A stretch of 64,000 nt of DNA from the human T2T-CHM13v2.0 reference genome, Homo sapiens. This document shows, one piece after another, positions 26,101 through 41,100 of the stretch; the stretch's first letter is position 1; the number at the start of each line of letters is the position of its first letter. The position numbers and the translations under genes were made by a program. The stretch lies in NCBI RefSeq assembly GCF_009914755.1, contig NC_060942.1; one strand, written 5' to 3'. Under the pieces are notes generated by a model, which saw nothing but the letters and a program-made list of their open reading frames with translations, had not been told where the DNA came from and searched no databases.

Positions 26101-29100
26101 CTTTGTGATGATTGCATTCAAGTCACAGAATTGAACATTCCCTTTCACAGAGCAGGTTTGAAACACTCTTTTTGTAGTGTGTGTAAGTGGACATTTGGAG
26201 CACTTACCGGCCTAAGGTGAAAAAGGAAATATCTTCCCATAAAAACTAGACAGAAGCATTCTCAGAAACTTACTCGTGATGTGTGTCCTCAACTAAAGGA
26301 GTAGAACCTTTCTTTTCATAGAGAAGTTTTGAAACGCTCTTTTTGTGGAATCTGCAAGTGGATATTTGGCTAGTTTTGAGGATTTCGTTGGAAGCGGGAA
26401 TTCATACAAATTGCAGACTGCAGCGTTCTGAGAAACATCTTTGTGATGTTTGTATTCAGGACACAGAGTTGAACATTCCCTATCATAGAGCAGGTTGGAA
26501 TCACTCCTTTTGTAGTATCTGGAAGTGGACATTTGGAGCGCTTTCAGGCCTATGTTGGAAAAGGAAATATCTTCCCATAACAACTAGACAGAAGCATTCT
26601 CAGAAACTTATTTGAGATGTGTGTACTCAACTAAGAGAATTGAACCACCGTTTTGAAGGAGCAGTTTTGAAACTCTCTTTTTCTGGAATCTGCAAGTGGA
26701 TATTTGGCTAGCTTTGGGGATTTCGCTGGAAGCGGGAATACATATAAAAAGCACACAGCAGCGTTCTGAGAAACTGCTTTCTGATGTTTGCATTCAAGTC
26801 AAAAGTTGAACACTCCCTTTCATAGAGCAGTCTTGAAACACCCCTTTTGTAGTATCTGGAACTGGACTTTTGGAGCGATTTCAGGGCTAAGGTGAAAAAG
26901 GAAATATCTTACCATAAAAACTGGACAGAAGCATTCTCAGAAACTTGGTTATGCTGTATCTACTCAACTAACAAAGTTGAACCTTTCTTTTGATAGAGCA
27001 GTTTTGAAATGGTCTTTTTGTGGAATCTGCAAGTGGATATTTGGCTAGTTTTGAGGATTTCGTTGGAAGCGGGAATTCATACAAATTGCAGACTGCAGCG
27101 TTCTGAGAAACATCTTTGTGATGTTTGTATTCAGGACACAGAGTTGAACATTCCCTATCATAGAGCAGGTTGGAATCACTCCTTTTGTAGTATCTGGAAG
27201 TGGACATTTGGAGCGCTTTCAGGCCTATTTTGGAAAGGGAAATATCTTCCCGTAACAACTATGCAGAAGCATTCTCAGAAACTTGTTTGTGATGTGTGCC
27301 CTCTACTGACAGAGTTGAACCTTTCTTTTCATAGAGCAGTTTTGAAACACTCTTTTTGTAGAATCTGCAAGAGGATATTTGCATAGCTTTGAGGATTTCG
27401 TGGGAAACGGGATTGTCTTCAGGTAAAATCTAGACAGAAGCATTCTCAGAAACTTCTTTGGGATGTTTGCATTCAAGTCACAGAGTAGAACATTCCCTTT
27501 GGTAGAGCAGGTTTGAAACACTCTTTTTGTAGTATCTGGAAGTGGACATTTGGAGCGCTTTCAGGCCCATGTTGGAAAGGGAAATATCTTCCCGTAACAA
27601 CTAGGCAGAAGCATTCTCAGAAACTTATTTGAGATGTGTGTACTCAACTAAGAGAATTGAACCACCGTTTTGAAGGAGCAGTTTTGAAACACTCTTTTTC
27701 TGGAATCTGCAAGAGTATATTTGCCTAGCCTTGAGGATTTCGTTGGAAACGGGATTGTCTTCAGAGAAAATCTAGACAGAAGCATTCTCAGAAACTTCTT
27801 TGGGATGTTTGCATTCAAGTCACAGAGTAGAACATTCCCTTTGGTAGAGCAGGTTTGAAACACTCTTTTTTTAGTATATGGAAGTGGACATTTGGATCGC
27901 TTTCAGGCCTACGTTGGAAAAGGAAATATCTTCCCATAACAACTAGACAGAAGCATTCTCAGAAACTAGTTTCTGATGTGTGTCCTCAACTAACACAGTT
28001 GAACATTTCTTTAGACAGAACAGTTTTGAAACACTCTTTTTGTGGAATCTGCAAGTGGCTATTTGGCTAGATTTGAGGATTTCGTTGGAAACGGGATTAC
28101 ATATAAAAAGCAGTCAGCAGCATTCTCAGAAAGTTCTTTGTGATGATTGCATTCAAGTCACAGAATTGAACATTCCCTTTCACAGAGCAGGTTTGAAACA
28201 CTCTTTTTGTAGTGTGTGTAAGTGGACATTTGGAGCACTTACCGGCCTAAGGTGAAAAAGGAAATATCTTCCCATAAAAACTAGACAGAAGCATTCTCAG
28301 AAACTTACTCGTGATGTGTGTCCTCAACTAAAGGAGTAGAACCTTTCTTTTCATAGAGAAGTTTTGAAACGCTCTTTTTGTGGAATCTGCAAGTGGATAT
28401 TTGGCTAGTTTTGAGGATTTCGTTGGAAGCGGGAATTCATACAAATTGCAGACTGCAGCGTTCTGAGAAACATCTTTGTGATGTTTGTATTCAGGACACA
28501 GAGTTGAACATTCCCTATCATAGAGCAGGTTGGAATCACTCCTTTTGTAGTATCTGGAAGTGGACATTTGGAGCGCTTTCAGGCCTATGTTGGAAAAGGA
28601 AATATCTTCCCATAACAACTAGACAGAAGCATTCTCAGAAACTTATTTGAGATGTGTGTACTCAACTAAGAGAATTGAACCACCGTTTTGAAGGAGCAGT
28701 TTTGAAACTCTCTTTTTCTGGAATCTGCAAGTGGATATTTGGCTAGCTTTGGGGATTTCGCTGGAAGCGGGAATACATATAAAAAGCACACAGCAGCGTT
28801 CTGAGAAACTGCTTTCTGATGTTTGCATTCAAGTCAAAAGTTGAACACTCCCTTTCATAGAGCAGTCTTGAAACACCCCTTTTGTAGTATCTGGAACTGG
28901 ACTTTTGGAGCGATTTCAGGGCTAAGGTGAAAAAGGAAATATCTTCCCATAAAAACTGGACAGAAGCATTCTCAGAAACTTGTTTATGCTGTATCTACTC
29001 AACTAACAAAGTTGAACCTTTCTTTTGATAGAGCAGTTTTGAAATGGTCTTTTTGTGGAATCTGCAAGTGGATATTTGGCTAGTTTTGAGGATTTCGTTG

Positions 29101-32100
29101 GAAGCGGGAATTCATACAAATTGCAGACTGCAGCGTTCTGAGAAACATCTTTGTGATGTTTGTATTCAGGACACAGAGTTGAACATTCCCTATCATAGAG
29201 CAGGTTGGAATCACTCCTTTTGTAGTATCTGGAAGTGGACATTTGGAGCGCTTTCAGGCCTATTTTGGAAAGGGAAATATCTTCCCGTAACAACTATGCA
29301 GAAGCATTCTCAGAAACTTGTTTGTGATGTGTGCCCTCTACTGACAGAGTTGAACCTTTCTTTTCATAGAGCAGTTTTGAAACACTCTTTTTGTAGAATC
29401 TGCAAGAGGATATTTGCATAGCTTTGAGGATTTCGTGGGAAACGGGATTGTCTTCAGGTAAAATCTAGACAGAAGCATTCTCAGAAACTTCTTTGGGATG
29501 TTTGCATTCAAGTCACAGAGTAGAACATTCCCTTTGGTAGAGCAGGTTTGAAACACTCTTTTTGTAGTATCTGGAAGTGGACATTTGGAGCGCTTTCAGG
29601 CCCATGTTGGAAAGGGAAATATCTTCCCGTAACAACTAGGCAGAAGCATTCTCAGAAACTTATTTGAGATGTGTGTACTCAACTAAGAGAATTGAACCAC
29701 CGTTTTGAAGGAGCAGTTTTGAAACACTCTTTTTCTGGAATCTGCAAGAGTATATTTGCCTAGCCTTGAGGATTTCGTTGGAAACGGGATTGTCTTCAGA
29801 GAAAATCTAGACAGAAGCATTCTCAGAAACTTCTTTGGGATGTTTGCATTCAAGTCACAGAGTAGAACATTCCCTTTGGTAGAGCAGGTTTGAAACACTC
29901 TTTTTTTAGTATATGGAAGTGGACATTTGGATCGCTTTCAGGCCTACGTTGGAAAAGGAAATATCTTCCCATAACAACTAGACAGAAGCATTCTCAGAAA
30001 CTAGTTTCTGATGTGTGTCCTCAACTAACACAGTTGAACATTTCTTTAGACAGAACAGTTTTGAAACACTCTTTTTGTGGAATCTGCAAGTGGCTATTTG
30101 GCTAGATTTGAGGATTTCGTTGGAAACGGGATTACATATAAAAAGCAGTCAGCAGCATTCTCAGAAAGTTCTTTGTGATGATTGCATTCAAGTCACAGAA
30201 TTGAACATTCCCTTTCACAGAGCAGGTTTGAAACACTCTTTTTGTAGTGTGTGTAAGTGGACATTTGGAGCACTTACCGGCCTAAGGTGAAAAAGGAAAT
30301 ATCTTCCCATAAAAACTAGACAGAAGCATTCTCAGAAACTTACTCGTGATGTGTGTCCTCAACTAAAGGAGTAGAACCTTTCTTTTCATAGAGAAGTTTT
30401 GAAACGCTCTTTTTGTGGAATCTGCAAGTGGATATTTGGCTAGTTTTGAGGATTTCGTTGGAAGCGGGAATTCATACAAATTGCAGACTGCAGCGTTCTG
30501 AGAAACATCTTTGTGATGTTTGTATTCAGGACACAGAGTTGAACATTCCCTATCATAGAGCAGGTTGGAATCACTCCTTTTGTAGTATCTGGAAGTGGAC
30601 ATTTGGAGCGCTTTCAGGCCTATGTTGGAAAAGGAAATATCTTCCCATAACAACTAGACAGAAGCATTCTCAGAAACTTATTTGAGATGTGTGTACTCAA
30701 CTAAGAGAATTGAACCACCGTTTTGAAGGAGCAGTTTTGAAACTCTCTTTTTCTGGAATCTGCAAGTGGATATTTGGCTAGCTTTGGGGATTTCGCTGGA
30801 AGCGGGAATACATATAAAAAGCACACAGCAGCGTTCTGAGAAACTGCTTTCTGATGTTTGCATTCAAGTCAAAAGTTGAACACTCCCTTTCATAGAGCAG
30901 TCTTGAAACACCCCTTTTGTAGTATCTGGAACTGGACTTTTGGAGCGATTTCAGGGCTAAGGTGAAAAAGGAAATATCTTCCCATAAAAACTGGACAGAA
31001 GCATTCTCAGAAACTTGTTTATGCTGTATCTACTCAACTAACAAAGTTGAACCTTTCTTTTGATAGAGCAGTTTTGAAATGGTCTTTTTGTGGAATCTGC
31101 AAGTGGATATTTGGCTAGTTTTGAGGATTTCGTTGGAAGCGGGAATTCATACAAATTGCAGACTGCAGCGTTCTGAGAAACATCTTTGTGATGTTTGTAT
31201 TCAGGACACAGAGTTGAACATTCCCTATCATAGAGCAGGTTGGAATCACTCCTTTTGTAGTATCTGGAAGTGGACATTTGGAGCGCTTTCAGGCCTATTT
31301 TGGAAAGGGAAATATCTTCCCGTAACAACTATGCAGAAGCATTCTCAGAAACTTGTTTGTGATGTGTGCCCTCTACTGACAGAGTTGAACCTTTCTTTTC
31401 ATAGAGCAGTTTTGAAACACTCTTTTTGTAGAATCTGCAAGAGGATATTTGCATAGCTTTGAGGATTTCGTGGGAAACGGGATTGTCTTCAGGTAAAATC
31501 TAGACAGAAGCATTCTCAGAAACTTCTTTGGGATGTTTGCATTCAAGTCACAGAGTAGAACATTCCCTTTGGTAGAGCAGGTTTGAAACACTCTTTTTGT
31601 AGTATCTGGAAGTGGACATTTGGAGCGCTTTCAGGCCCATGTTGGAAAGGGAAATATCTTCCCGTAACAACTAGGCAGAAGCATTCTCAGAAACTTATTT
31701 GAGATGTGTGTACTCAACTAAGAGAATTGAACCACCGTTTTGAAGGAGCAGTTTTGAAACACTCTTTTTCTGGAATCTGCAAGAGTATATTTGCCTAGCC
31801 TTGAGGATTTCGTTGGAAACGGGATTGTCTTCAGAGAAAATCTAGACAGAAGCATTCTCAGAAACTTCTTTGGGATGTTTGCATTCAAGTCACAGAGTAG
31901 AACATTCCCTTTGGTAGAGCAGGTTTGAAACACTCTTTTTTTAGTATATGGAAGTGGACATTTGGAGCGCTTTCAGGCCTACGTTGGAAAAGGAAATATC
32001 TTCCCATAACAACTAGACAGAAGCATTCTCAGAAACTAGTTTCTGATGTGTGTCCTCAACTAACACAGTTGAACATTTCTTTAGACAGAACAGTTTTGAA

Positions 32101-35100
32101 ACACTCTTTTTGTGGAATCTGCAAGTGGCTATTTGGCTAGATTTGAGGATTTCGTTGGAAACGGGATTACATATAAAAAGCAGTCAGCAGCATTCTCAGA
32201 AAGTTCTTTGTGATGATTGCATTCAAGTCACAGAATTGAACATTCCCTTTCACAGAGCAGGTTTGAAACACTCTTTTTGTAGTGTGTGTAAGTGGACATT
32301 TGGAGCACTTACCGGCCTAAGGTGAAAAAGGAAATATCTTCCCATAAAAACTAGACAGAAGCATTCTCAGAAACTTACTCGTGATGTGTGTCCTCAACTA
32401 AAGGAGTAGAACCTTTCTTTTCATAGAGAAGTTTTGAAACGCTCTTTTTGTGGAATCTGCAAGTGGATATTTGGCTAGTTTTGAGGATTTCGTTGGAAGC
32501 GGGAATTCATACAAATTGCAGACTGCAGCGTTCTGAGAAACATCTTTGTGATGTTTGTATTCAGGACACAGAGTTGAACATTCCCTATCATAGAGCAGGT
32601 TGGAATCACTCCTTTTGTAGTATCTGGAAGTGGACATTTGGAGCGCTTTCAGGCCTATGTTGGAAAAGGAAATATCTTCCCATAACAACTAGACAGAAGC
32701 ATTCTCAGAAACTTATTTGAGATGTGTGTACTCAACTAAGAGAATTGAACCACCGTTTTGAAGGAGCAGTTTTGAAACTCTCTTTTTCTGGAATCTGCAA
32801 GTGGATATTTGGCTAGCTTTGGGGATTTCGCTGGAAGCGGGAATACATATAAAAAGCACACAACAGCGTTCTGAGAAACTGCTTTCTGATGTTTGCATTC
32901 AAGTCAAAAGTTGAACACTCCCTTTCATAGAGCAGTCTTGAAACACCCCTTTTGTAGTATCTGGAACTGGACTTTTGGAGCGATTTCAGGGCTAAGGTGA
33001 AAAAGGAAATATCTTCCCATAAAAACTGGACAGAAGCATTCTCAGAAACTTGGTTATGCTGTATCTACTCAACTAACAAAGTTGAACCTTTCTTTTGATA
33101 GAGCAGTTTTGAAATGGTCTTTTTGTGGAATCTGCAAGTGGATATTTGGCTAGTTTTGAGGATTTCGTTGGAAGCGGGAATTCATACAAATTGCAGACTG
33201 CAGCGTTCTGAGAAACATCTTTGTGATGTTTGTATTCAGGACACAGAGTTGAACATTCCCTATCATAGAGCAGGTTGGAATCACTCCTTTTGTAGTATCT
33301 GGAAGTGGACATTTGGAGCGCTTTCAGGCCTATTTTGGAAAGGGAAATATCTTCCCGTAACAACTATGCAGAAGCATTCTCAGAAACTTGTTTGTGATGT
33401 GTGCCCTCTACTGACAGAGTTGAACCTTTCTTTTCATAGAGCAGTTTTGAAACACTCTTTTTGTAGAATCTGCAAGAGGATATTTGCATAGCTTTGAGGA
33501 TTTCGTGGGAAACGGGATTGTCTTCAGGTAAAATCTAGACAGAAGCATTCTCAGAAACTTCTTTGGGATGTTTGCATTCAAGTCACAGAGTAGAACATTC
33601 CCTTTGGTAGAGCAGGTTTGAAACACTCTTTTTGTAGTATCTGGAAGTGGACATTTGGAGCGCTTTCAGGCCCATGTTGGAAAGGGAAATATCTTCCCGT
33701 AACAACTAGGCAGAAGCATTCTCAGAAACTTATTTGAGATGTGTGTACTCAACTAAGAGAATTGAACCACCGTTTTGAAGGAGCAGTTTTGAAACACTCT
33801 TTTTCTGGAATCTGCAAGAGTATATTTGCCTAGCCTTGAGGATTTCGTTGGAAACGGGATTGTCTTCAGAGAAAATCTAGACAGAAGCATTCTCAGAAAC
33901 TTCTTTGGGATGTTTGCATTCAAGTCACAGAGTAGAACATTCCCTTTGGTAGAGCAGGTTTGAAACACTCTTTTTTTAGTATATGGAAGTGGACATTTGG
34001 ATCGCTTTCAGGCCTACGTTGGAAAAGGAAATATCTTCCCATAACAACTAGACAGAAGCATTCTCAGAAACTAGTTTCTGATGTGTGTCCTCAACTAACA
34101 CAGTTGAACATTTCTTTAGACAGAACAGTTTTGAAACACTCTTTTTGTGGAATCTGCAAGTGGCTATTTGGCTAGATTTGAGGATTTCGTTGGAAACGGG
34201 ATTACATATAAAAAGCAGTCAGCAGCATTCTCAGAAAGTTCTTTGTGATGATTGCATTCAAGTCACAGAATTGAACATTCCCTTTCACAGAGCAGGTTTG
34301 AAACACTCTTTTTGTAGTGTGTGTAAGTGGACATTTGGAGCACTTACCGGCCTAAGGTGAAAAAGGAAATATCTTCCCATAAAAACTAGACAGAAGCATT
34401 CTCAGAAACTTACTCGTGATGTGTGTCCTCAACTAAAGGAGTAGAACCTTTCTTTTCATAGAGAAGTTTTGAAACGCTCTTTTTGTGGAATCTGCAAGTG
34501 GATATTTGGCTAGTTTTGAGGATTTCGTTGGAAGCGGGAATTCATACAAATTGCAGACTGCAGCGTTCTGAGAAACATCTTTGTGATGTTTGTATTCAGG
34601 ACACAGAGTTGAACATTCCCTATCATAGAGCAGGTTTGAATCACTCCTTTTGTAGTATCTGGAAGTGGACATTTGGAGCGCTTTCAGGCCTATGTTGGAA
34701 AAGGAAATATCTTCCCATAACAACTAGACAGAAGCATTCTCAGAAACTTATTTGAGATGTGTGTACTCAACTAAGAGAATTGAACCACCGTTTTGAAGGA
34801 GCAGTTTTGAAACTCTCTTTTTCTGGAATCTGCAAGTGGATATTTGGCTAGCTTTGGGGATTTCGCTGGAAGCGGGAATACATATAAAAAGCACACAGCA
34901 GCGTTCTGAGAAACTGCTTTCTGATGTTTGCATTCAAGTCAAAAGTTGAACACTCCCTTTCATAGAGCAGTCTTGAAACACCCCTTTTGTAGTATCTGGA
35001 ACTGGACTTTTGGAGCGATTTCAGGGCTAAGGTGAAAAAGGAAATATCTTCCCATAAAAACTGGACAGAAGCATTCTCAGAAACTTGGTTATGCTGTATC

Positions 35101-38100
35101 TACTCAACTAACAAAGTTGAACCTTTCTTTTGATAGAGCAGTTTTGAAATGGTCTTTTTGTGGAATCTGCAAGTGGATATTTGGCTAGTTTTGAGGATTT
35201 CGTTGGAAGCGGGAATTCATACAAATTGCAGACTGCAGCGTTCTGAGAAACATCTTTGTGATGTTTGTATTCAGGACACAGAGTTGAACATTCCCTATCA
35301 TAGAGCAGGTTGGAATCACTCCTTTTGTAGTATCTGGAAGTGGACATTTGGAGCGCTTTCAGGCCTATTTTGGAAAGGGAAATATCTTCCCGTAACAACT
35401 ATGCAGAAGCATTCTCAGAAACTTGTTTGTGATGTGTGCCCTCTACTGACAGAGTTGAACCTTTCTTTTCATAGAGCAGTTTTGAAACACTCTTTTTGTA
35501 GAATCTGCAAGAGGATATTTGCATAGCTTTGAGGATTTCGTGGGAAACGGGATTGTCTTCAGGTAAAATCTAGACAGAAGCATTCTCAGAAACTTCTTTG
35601 GGATGTTTGCATTCAAGTCACAGAGTAGAACATTCCCTTTGGTAGAGCAGGTTTGAAACACTCTTTTTGTAGTATCTGGAAGTGGACATTTGGAGCGCTT
35701 TCAGGCCCATGTTGGAAAGGGAAATATCTTCCCGTAACAACTAGGCAGAAGCATTCTCAGAAACTTATTTGAGATGTGTGTACTCAACTAAGAGAATTGA
35801 ACCACCGTTTTGAAGGAGCAGTTTTGAAACACTCTTTTTCTGGAATCTGCAAGAGTATATTTGCCTAGCCTTGAGGATTTCGTTGGAAACGGGATTGTCT
35901 TCAGAGAAAATCTAGACAGAAGCATTCTCAGAAACTTCTTTGGGATGTTTGCATTCAAGTCACAGAGTAGAACATTCCCTTTGGTAGAGCAGGTTTGAAA
36001 CACTCTTTTTGTAGTATCTGGAAGTGGACATTTGGAGCGCTTTCAGGCCTACGTTGGAAAAGGAAATATCTTCCCATAACAACTAGACAGAAGCATTCTC
36101 AGAAACTAGTTTCTGATGTGTGTCCTCAACTAACACAGTTGAACATTTCTTTAGACAGAACAGTTTTGAAACACTCTTTTTGTGGAATCTGCAAGTGGCT
36201 ATTTGGCTAGATTTGAGGATTTCGTTGGAAACGGGATTACATATAAAAAGCAGTCAGCAGCATTCTCAGAAAGTTCTTTGTGATGATTGCATTCAAGTCA
36301 CAGAATTGAACATTCCCTTTCACAGAGCAGGTTTGAAACACTCTTTTTGTAGTGTGTGTAAGTGGACATTTGGAGCACTTACCGGCCTAAGGTGAAAAAG
36401 GAAATATCTTCCCATAAAAACTAGACAGAAGCATTCTCAGAAACTTACTCGTGATGTGTGTCCTCAACTAAAGGAGTAGAACCTTTCTTTTCATAGAGAA
36501 GTTTTGAAACGCTCTTTTTGTGGAATCTGCAAGTGGATATTTGGCTAGTTTTGAGGATTTCGTTGGAAGCGGGAATTCATACAAATTGCAGACTGCAGCG
36601 TTCTGAGAAACATCTTTGTGATGTTTGTATTCAGGACACAGAGTTGAACATTCCCTATCATAGAGCAGGTTGGAATCACTCCTTTTGTAGTATCTGGAAG
36701 TGGACATTTGGAGCGCTTTCAGGCCTATGTTGGAAAAGGAAATATCTTCCCATAACAACTAGACAGAAGCATTCTCAGAAACTTATTTGAGATGTGTGTA
36801 CTCAACTAAGAGAATTGAACCACCGTTTTGAAGGAGCAGTTTTGAAACTCTCTTTTTCTGGAATCTGCAAGTGGATATTTGGCTAGCTTTGGGGATTTCG
36901 CTGGAAGCGGGAATACATATAAAAAGCACACAGCAGCGTTCTGAGAAACTGCTTTCTGATGTTTGCATTCAAGTCAAAAGTTGAACACTCCCTTTCATAG
37001 AGCAGTCTTGAAACACCCCTTTTGTAGTATCTGGAACTGGACTTTTGGAGCGATTTCAGGGCTAAGGTGAAAAAGGAAATATCTTCCCATAAAAACTGGA
37101 CAGAAGCATTCTCAGAAACTTGTTTATGCTGTATCTACTCAACTAACAAAGTTGAACCTTTCTTTTGATAGAGCAGTTTTGAAATGGTCTTTTTGTGGAA
37201 TCTGCAAGTGGATATTTGGCTAGTTTTGAGGATTTCGTTGGAAGCGGGAATTCATACAAATTGCAGACTGCAGCGTTCTGAGAAACATCTTTGTGATGTT
37301 TGTATTCAGGACACAGAGTTGAACATTCCCTATCATAGAGCAGGTTGGAATCACTCCTTTTGTAGTATCTGGAAGTGGACATTTGGAGCGCTTTCAGGCC
37401 TATTTTGGAAAGGGAAATATCTTCCCGTAACAACTATGCAGAAGCATTCTCAGAAACTTGTTTGTGATGTGTGCCCTCTACTGACAGAGTTGAACCTTTC
37501 TTTTCATAGAGCAGTTTTGAAACACTCTTTTTGTAGAATCTGCAAGAGGATATTTGCATAGCTTTGAGGATTTCGTGGGAAACGGGATTGTCTTCAGGTA
37601 AAATCTAGACAGAAGCATTCTCAGAAACTTCTTTGGGATGTTTGCATTCAAGTCACAGAGTAGAACATTCCCTTTGGTAGAGCAGGTTTGAAACACTCTT
37701 TTTGTAGTATCTGGAAGTGGACATTTGGAGCGCTTTCAGGCCCATGTTGGAAAGGGAAATATCTTCCCGTAACAACTAGGCAGAAGCATTCTCAGAAACT
37801 TATTTGAGATGTGTGTACTCAACTAAGAGAATTGAACCACCGTTTTGAAGGAGCAGTTTTGAAACACTCTTTTTCTGGAATCTGCAAGAGTATATTTGCC
37901 TAGCCTTGAGGATTTCGTTGGAAACGGGATTGTCTTCAGAGAAAATCTAGACAGAAGCATTCTCAGAAACTTCTTTGGGATGTTTGCATTCAAGTCACAG
38001 AGTAGAACATTCCCTTTGGTAGAGCAGGTTTGAAACACTCTTTTTTTAGTATATGGAAGTGGACATTTGGATCGCTTTCAGGCCTACGTTGGAAAAGGAA

Positions 38101-41100
38101 ATATCTTCCCATAACAACTAGACAGAAGCATTCTCAGAAACTAGTTTCTGATGTGTGTCCTCAACTAACACAGTTGAACATTTCTTTAGACAGAACAGTT
38201 TTGAAACACTCTTTTTGTGGAATCTGCAAGTGGCTATTTGGCTAGATTTGAGGATTTCGTTGGAAACGGGATTACATATAAAAAGCAGTCAGCAGCATTC
38301 TCAGAAAGTTCTTTGTGATGATTGCATTCAAGTCACAGAATTGAACATTCCCTTTCACAGAGCAGGTTTGAAACACTCTTTTTGTAGTGTGTGTAAGTGG
38401 ACATTTGGAGCACTTACCGGCCTAAGGTGAAAAAGGAAATATCTTCCCATAAAAACTAGACAGAAGCATTCTCAGAAACTTACTCGTGATGTGTGTCCTC
38501 AACTAAAGGAGTAGAACCTTTCTTTTCATAGAGAAGTTTTGAAACGCTCTTTTTGTGGAATCTGCAAGTGGATATTTGGCTAGTTTTGAGGATTTCGTTG
38601 GAAGCGGGAATTCATACAAATTGCAGACTGCAGCGTTCTGAGAAACATCTTTGTGATGTTTGTATTCAGGACACAGAGTTGAACATTCCCTATCATAGAG
38701 CAGGTTGGAATCACTCCTTTTGTAGTATCTGGAAGTGGACATTTGGAGCGCTTTCAGGCCTATGTTGGAAAAGGAAATATCTTCCCATAACAACTAGACA
38801 GAAGCATTCTCAGAAACTTATTTGAGATGTGTGTACTCAACTAAGAGAATTGAACCACCGTTTTGAAGGAGCAGTTTTGAAACTCTCTTTTTCTGGAATC
38901 TGCAAGTGGATATTTGGCTAGCTTTGGGGATTTCGCTGGAAGCGGGAATACATATAAAAAGCACACAGCAGCGTTCTGAGAAACTGCTTTCTGATGTTTG
39001 CATTCAAGTCAAAAGTTGAACACTCCCTTTCATAGAGCAGTCTTGAAACACCCCTTTTGTAGTATCTGGAACTGGACTTTTGGAGCGATTTCAGGGCTAA
39101 GGTGAAAAAGGAAATATCTTCCCATAAAAACTGGACAGAAGCATTCTCAGAAACTTGGTTATGCTGTATCTACTCAACTAACAAAGTTGAACCTTTCTTT
39201 TGATAGAGCAGTTTTGAAATGGTCTTTTTGTGGAATCTGCAAGTGGATATTTGGCTAGTTTTGAGGATTTCGTTGGAAGCGGGAATTCATACAAATTGCA
39301 GACTGCAGCGTTCTGAGAAACATCTTTGTGATGTTTGTATTCAGGACACAGAGTTGAACATTCCCTATCATAGAGCAGGTTGGAATCACTCCTTTTGTAG
39401 TATCTGGAAGTGGACATTTGGAGCGCTTTCAGGCCTATTTTGGAAAGGGAAATATCTTCCCGTAACAACTATGCAGAAGCATTCTCAGAAACTTGTTTGT
39501 GATGTGTGCCCTCTACTGACAGAGTTGAACCTTTCTTTTCATAGAGCAGTTTTGAAACACTCTTTTTGTAGAATCTGCAAGAGGATATTTGCATAGCTTT
39601 GAGGATTTCGTGGGAAACGGGATTGTCTTCAGGTAAAATCTAGACAGAAGCATTCTCAGAAACTTCTTTGGGATGTTTGCATTCAAGTCACAGAGTAGAA
39701 CATTCCCTTTGGTAGAGCAGGTTTGAAACACTCTTTTTGTAGTATCTGGAAGTGGACATTTGGAGCGCTTTCAGGCCCATGTTGGAAAGGGAAATATCTT
39801 CCCGTAACAACTAGGCAGAAGCATTCTCAGAAACTTATTTGAGATGTGTGTACTCAACTAAGAGAATTGAACCACCGTTTTGAAGGAGCAGTTTTGAAAC
39901 ACTCTTTTTCTGGAATCTGCAAGAGTATATTTGCCTAGCCTTGAGGATTTCGTTGGAAACGGGATTGTCTTCAGAGAAAATCTAGACAGAAGCATTCTCA
40001 GAAACTTCTTTGGGATGTTTGCATTCAAGTCACAGAGTAGAACATTCCCTTTGGTAGAGCAGGTTTGAAACACTCTTTTTGTAGTATCTGGAAGTGGACA
40101 TTTGGAGCGCTTTCAGGCCTACGTTGGAAAAGGAAATATCTTCCCATAACAACTAGACAGAAGCATTCTCAGAAACTAGTTTCTGATGTGTGTCCTCAAC
40201 TAACACAGTTGAACATTTCTTTAGACAGAACAGTTTTGAAACACTCTTTTTGTGGAATCTGCAAGTGGCTATTTGGCTAGATTTGAGGATTTCGTTGGAA
40301 ACGGGATTACATATAAAAAGCAGTCAGCAGCATTCTCAGAAAGTTCTTTGTGATGATTGCATTCAAGTCACAGAATTGAACATTCCCTTTCACAGAGCAG
40401 GTTTGAAACACTCTTTTTGTAGTGTGTGTAAGTGGACATTTGGAGCACTTACCGGCCTAAGGTGAAAAAGGAAATATCTTCCCATAAAAACTAGACAGAA
40501 GCATTCTCAGAAACTTACTCGTGATGTGTGTCCTCAACTAAAGGAGTAGAACCTTTCTTTTCATAGAGAAGTTTTGAAACGCTCTTTTTGTGGAATCTGC
40601 AAGTGGATATTTGGCTAGTTTTGAGGATTTCGTTGGAAGCGGGAATTCATACAAATTGCAGACTGCAGCGTTCTGAGAAACATCTTTGTGATGTTTGTAT
40701 TCAGGACACAGAGTTGAACATTCCCTATCATAGAGCAGGTTGGAATCACTCCTTTTGTAGTATCTGGAAGTGGACATTTGGAGCGCTTTCAGGCCTATGT
40801 TGGAAAAGGAAATATCTTCCCATAACAACTAGACAGAAGCATTCTCAGAAACTTATTTGAGATGTGTGTACTCAACTAAGAGAATTGAACCACCGTTTTG
40901 AAGGAGCAGTTTTGAAACTCTCTTTTTCTGGAATCTGCAAGTGGATATTTGGCTAGCTTTGGGGATTTCGCTGGAAGCGGGAATACATATAAAAAGCACA
41001 CAGCAGCGTTCTGAGAAACTGCTTTCTGATGTTTGCATTCAAGTCAAAAGTTGAACACTCCCTTTCATAGAGCAGTCTTGAAACACCCCTTTTGTAGTAT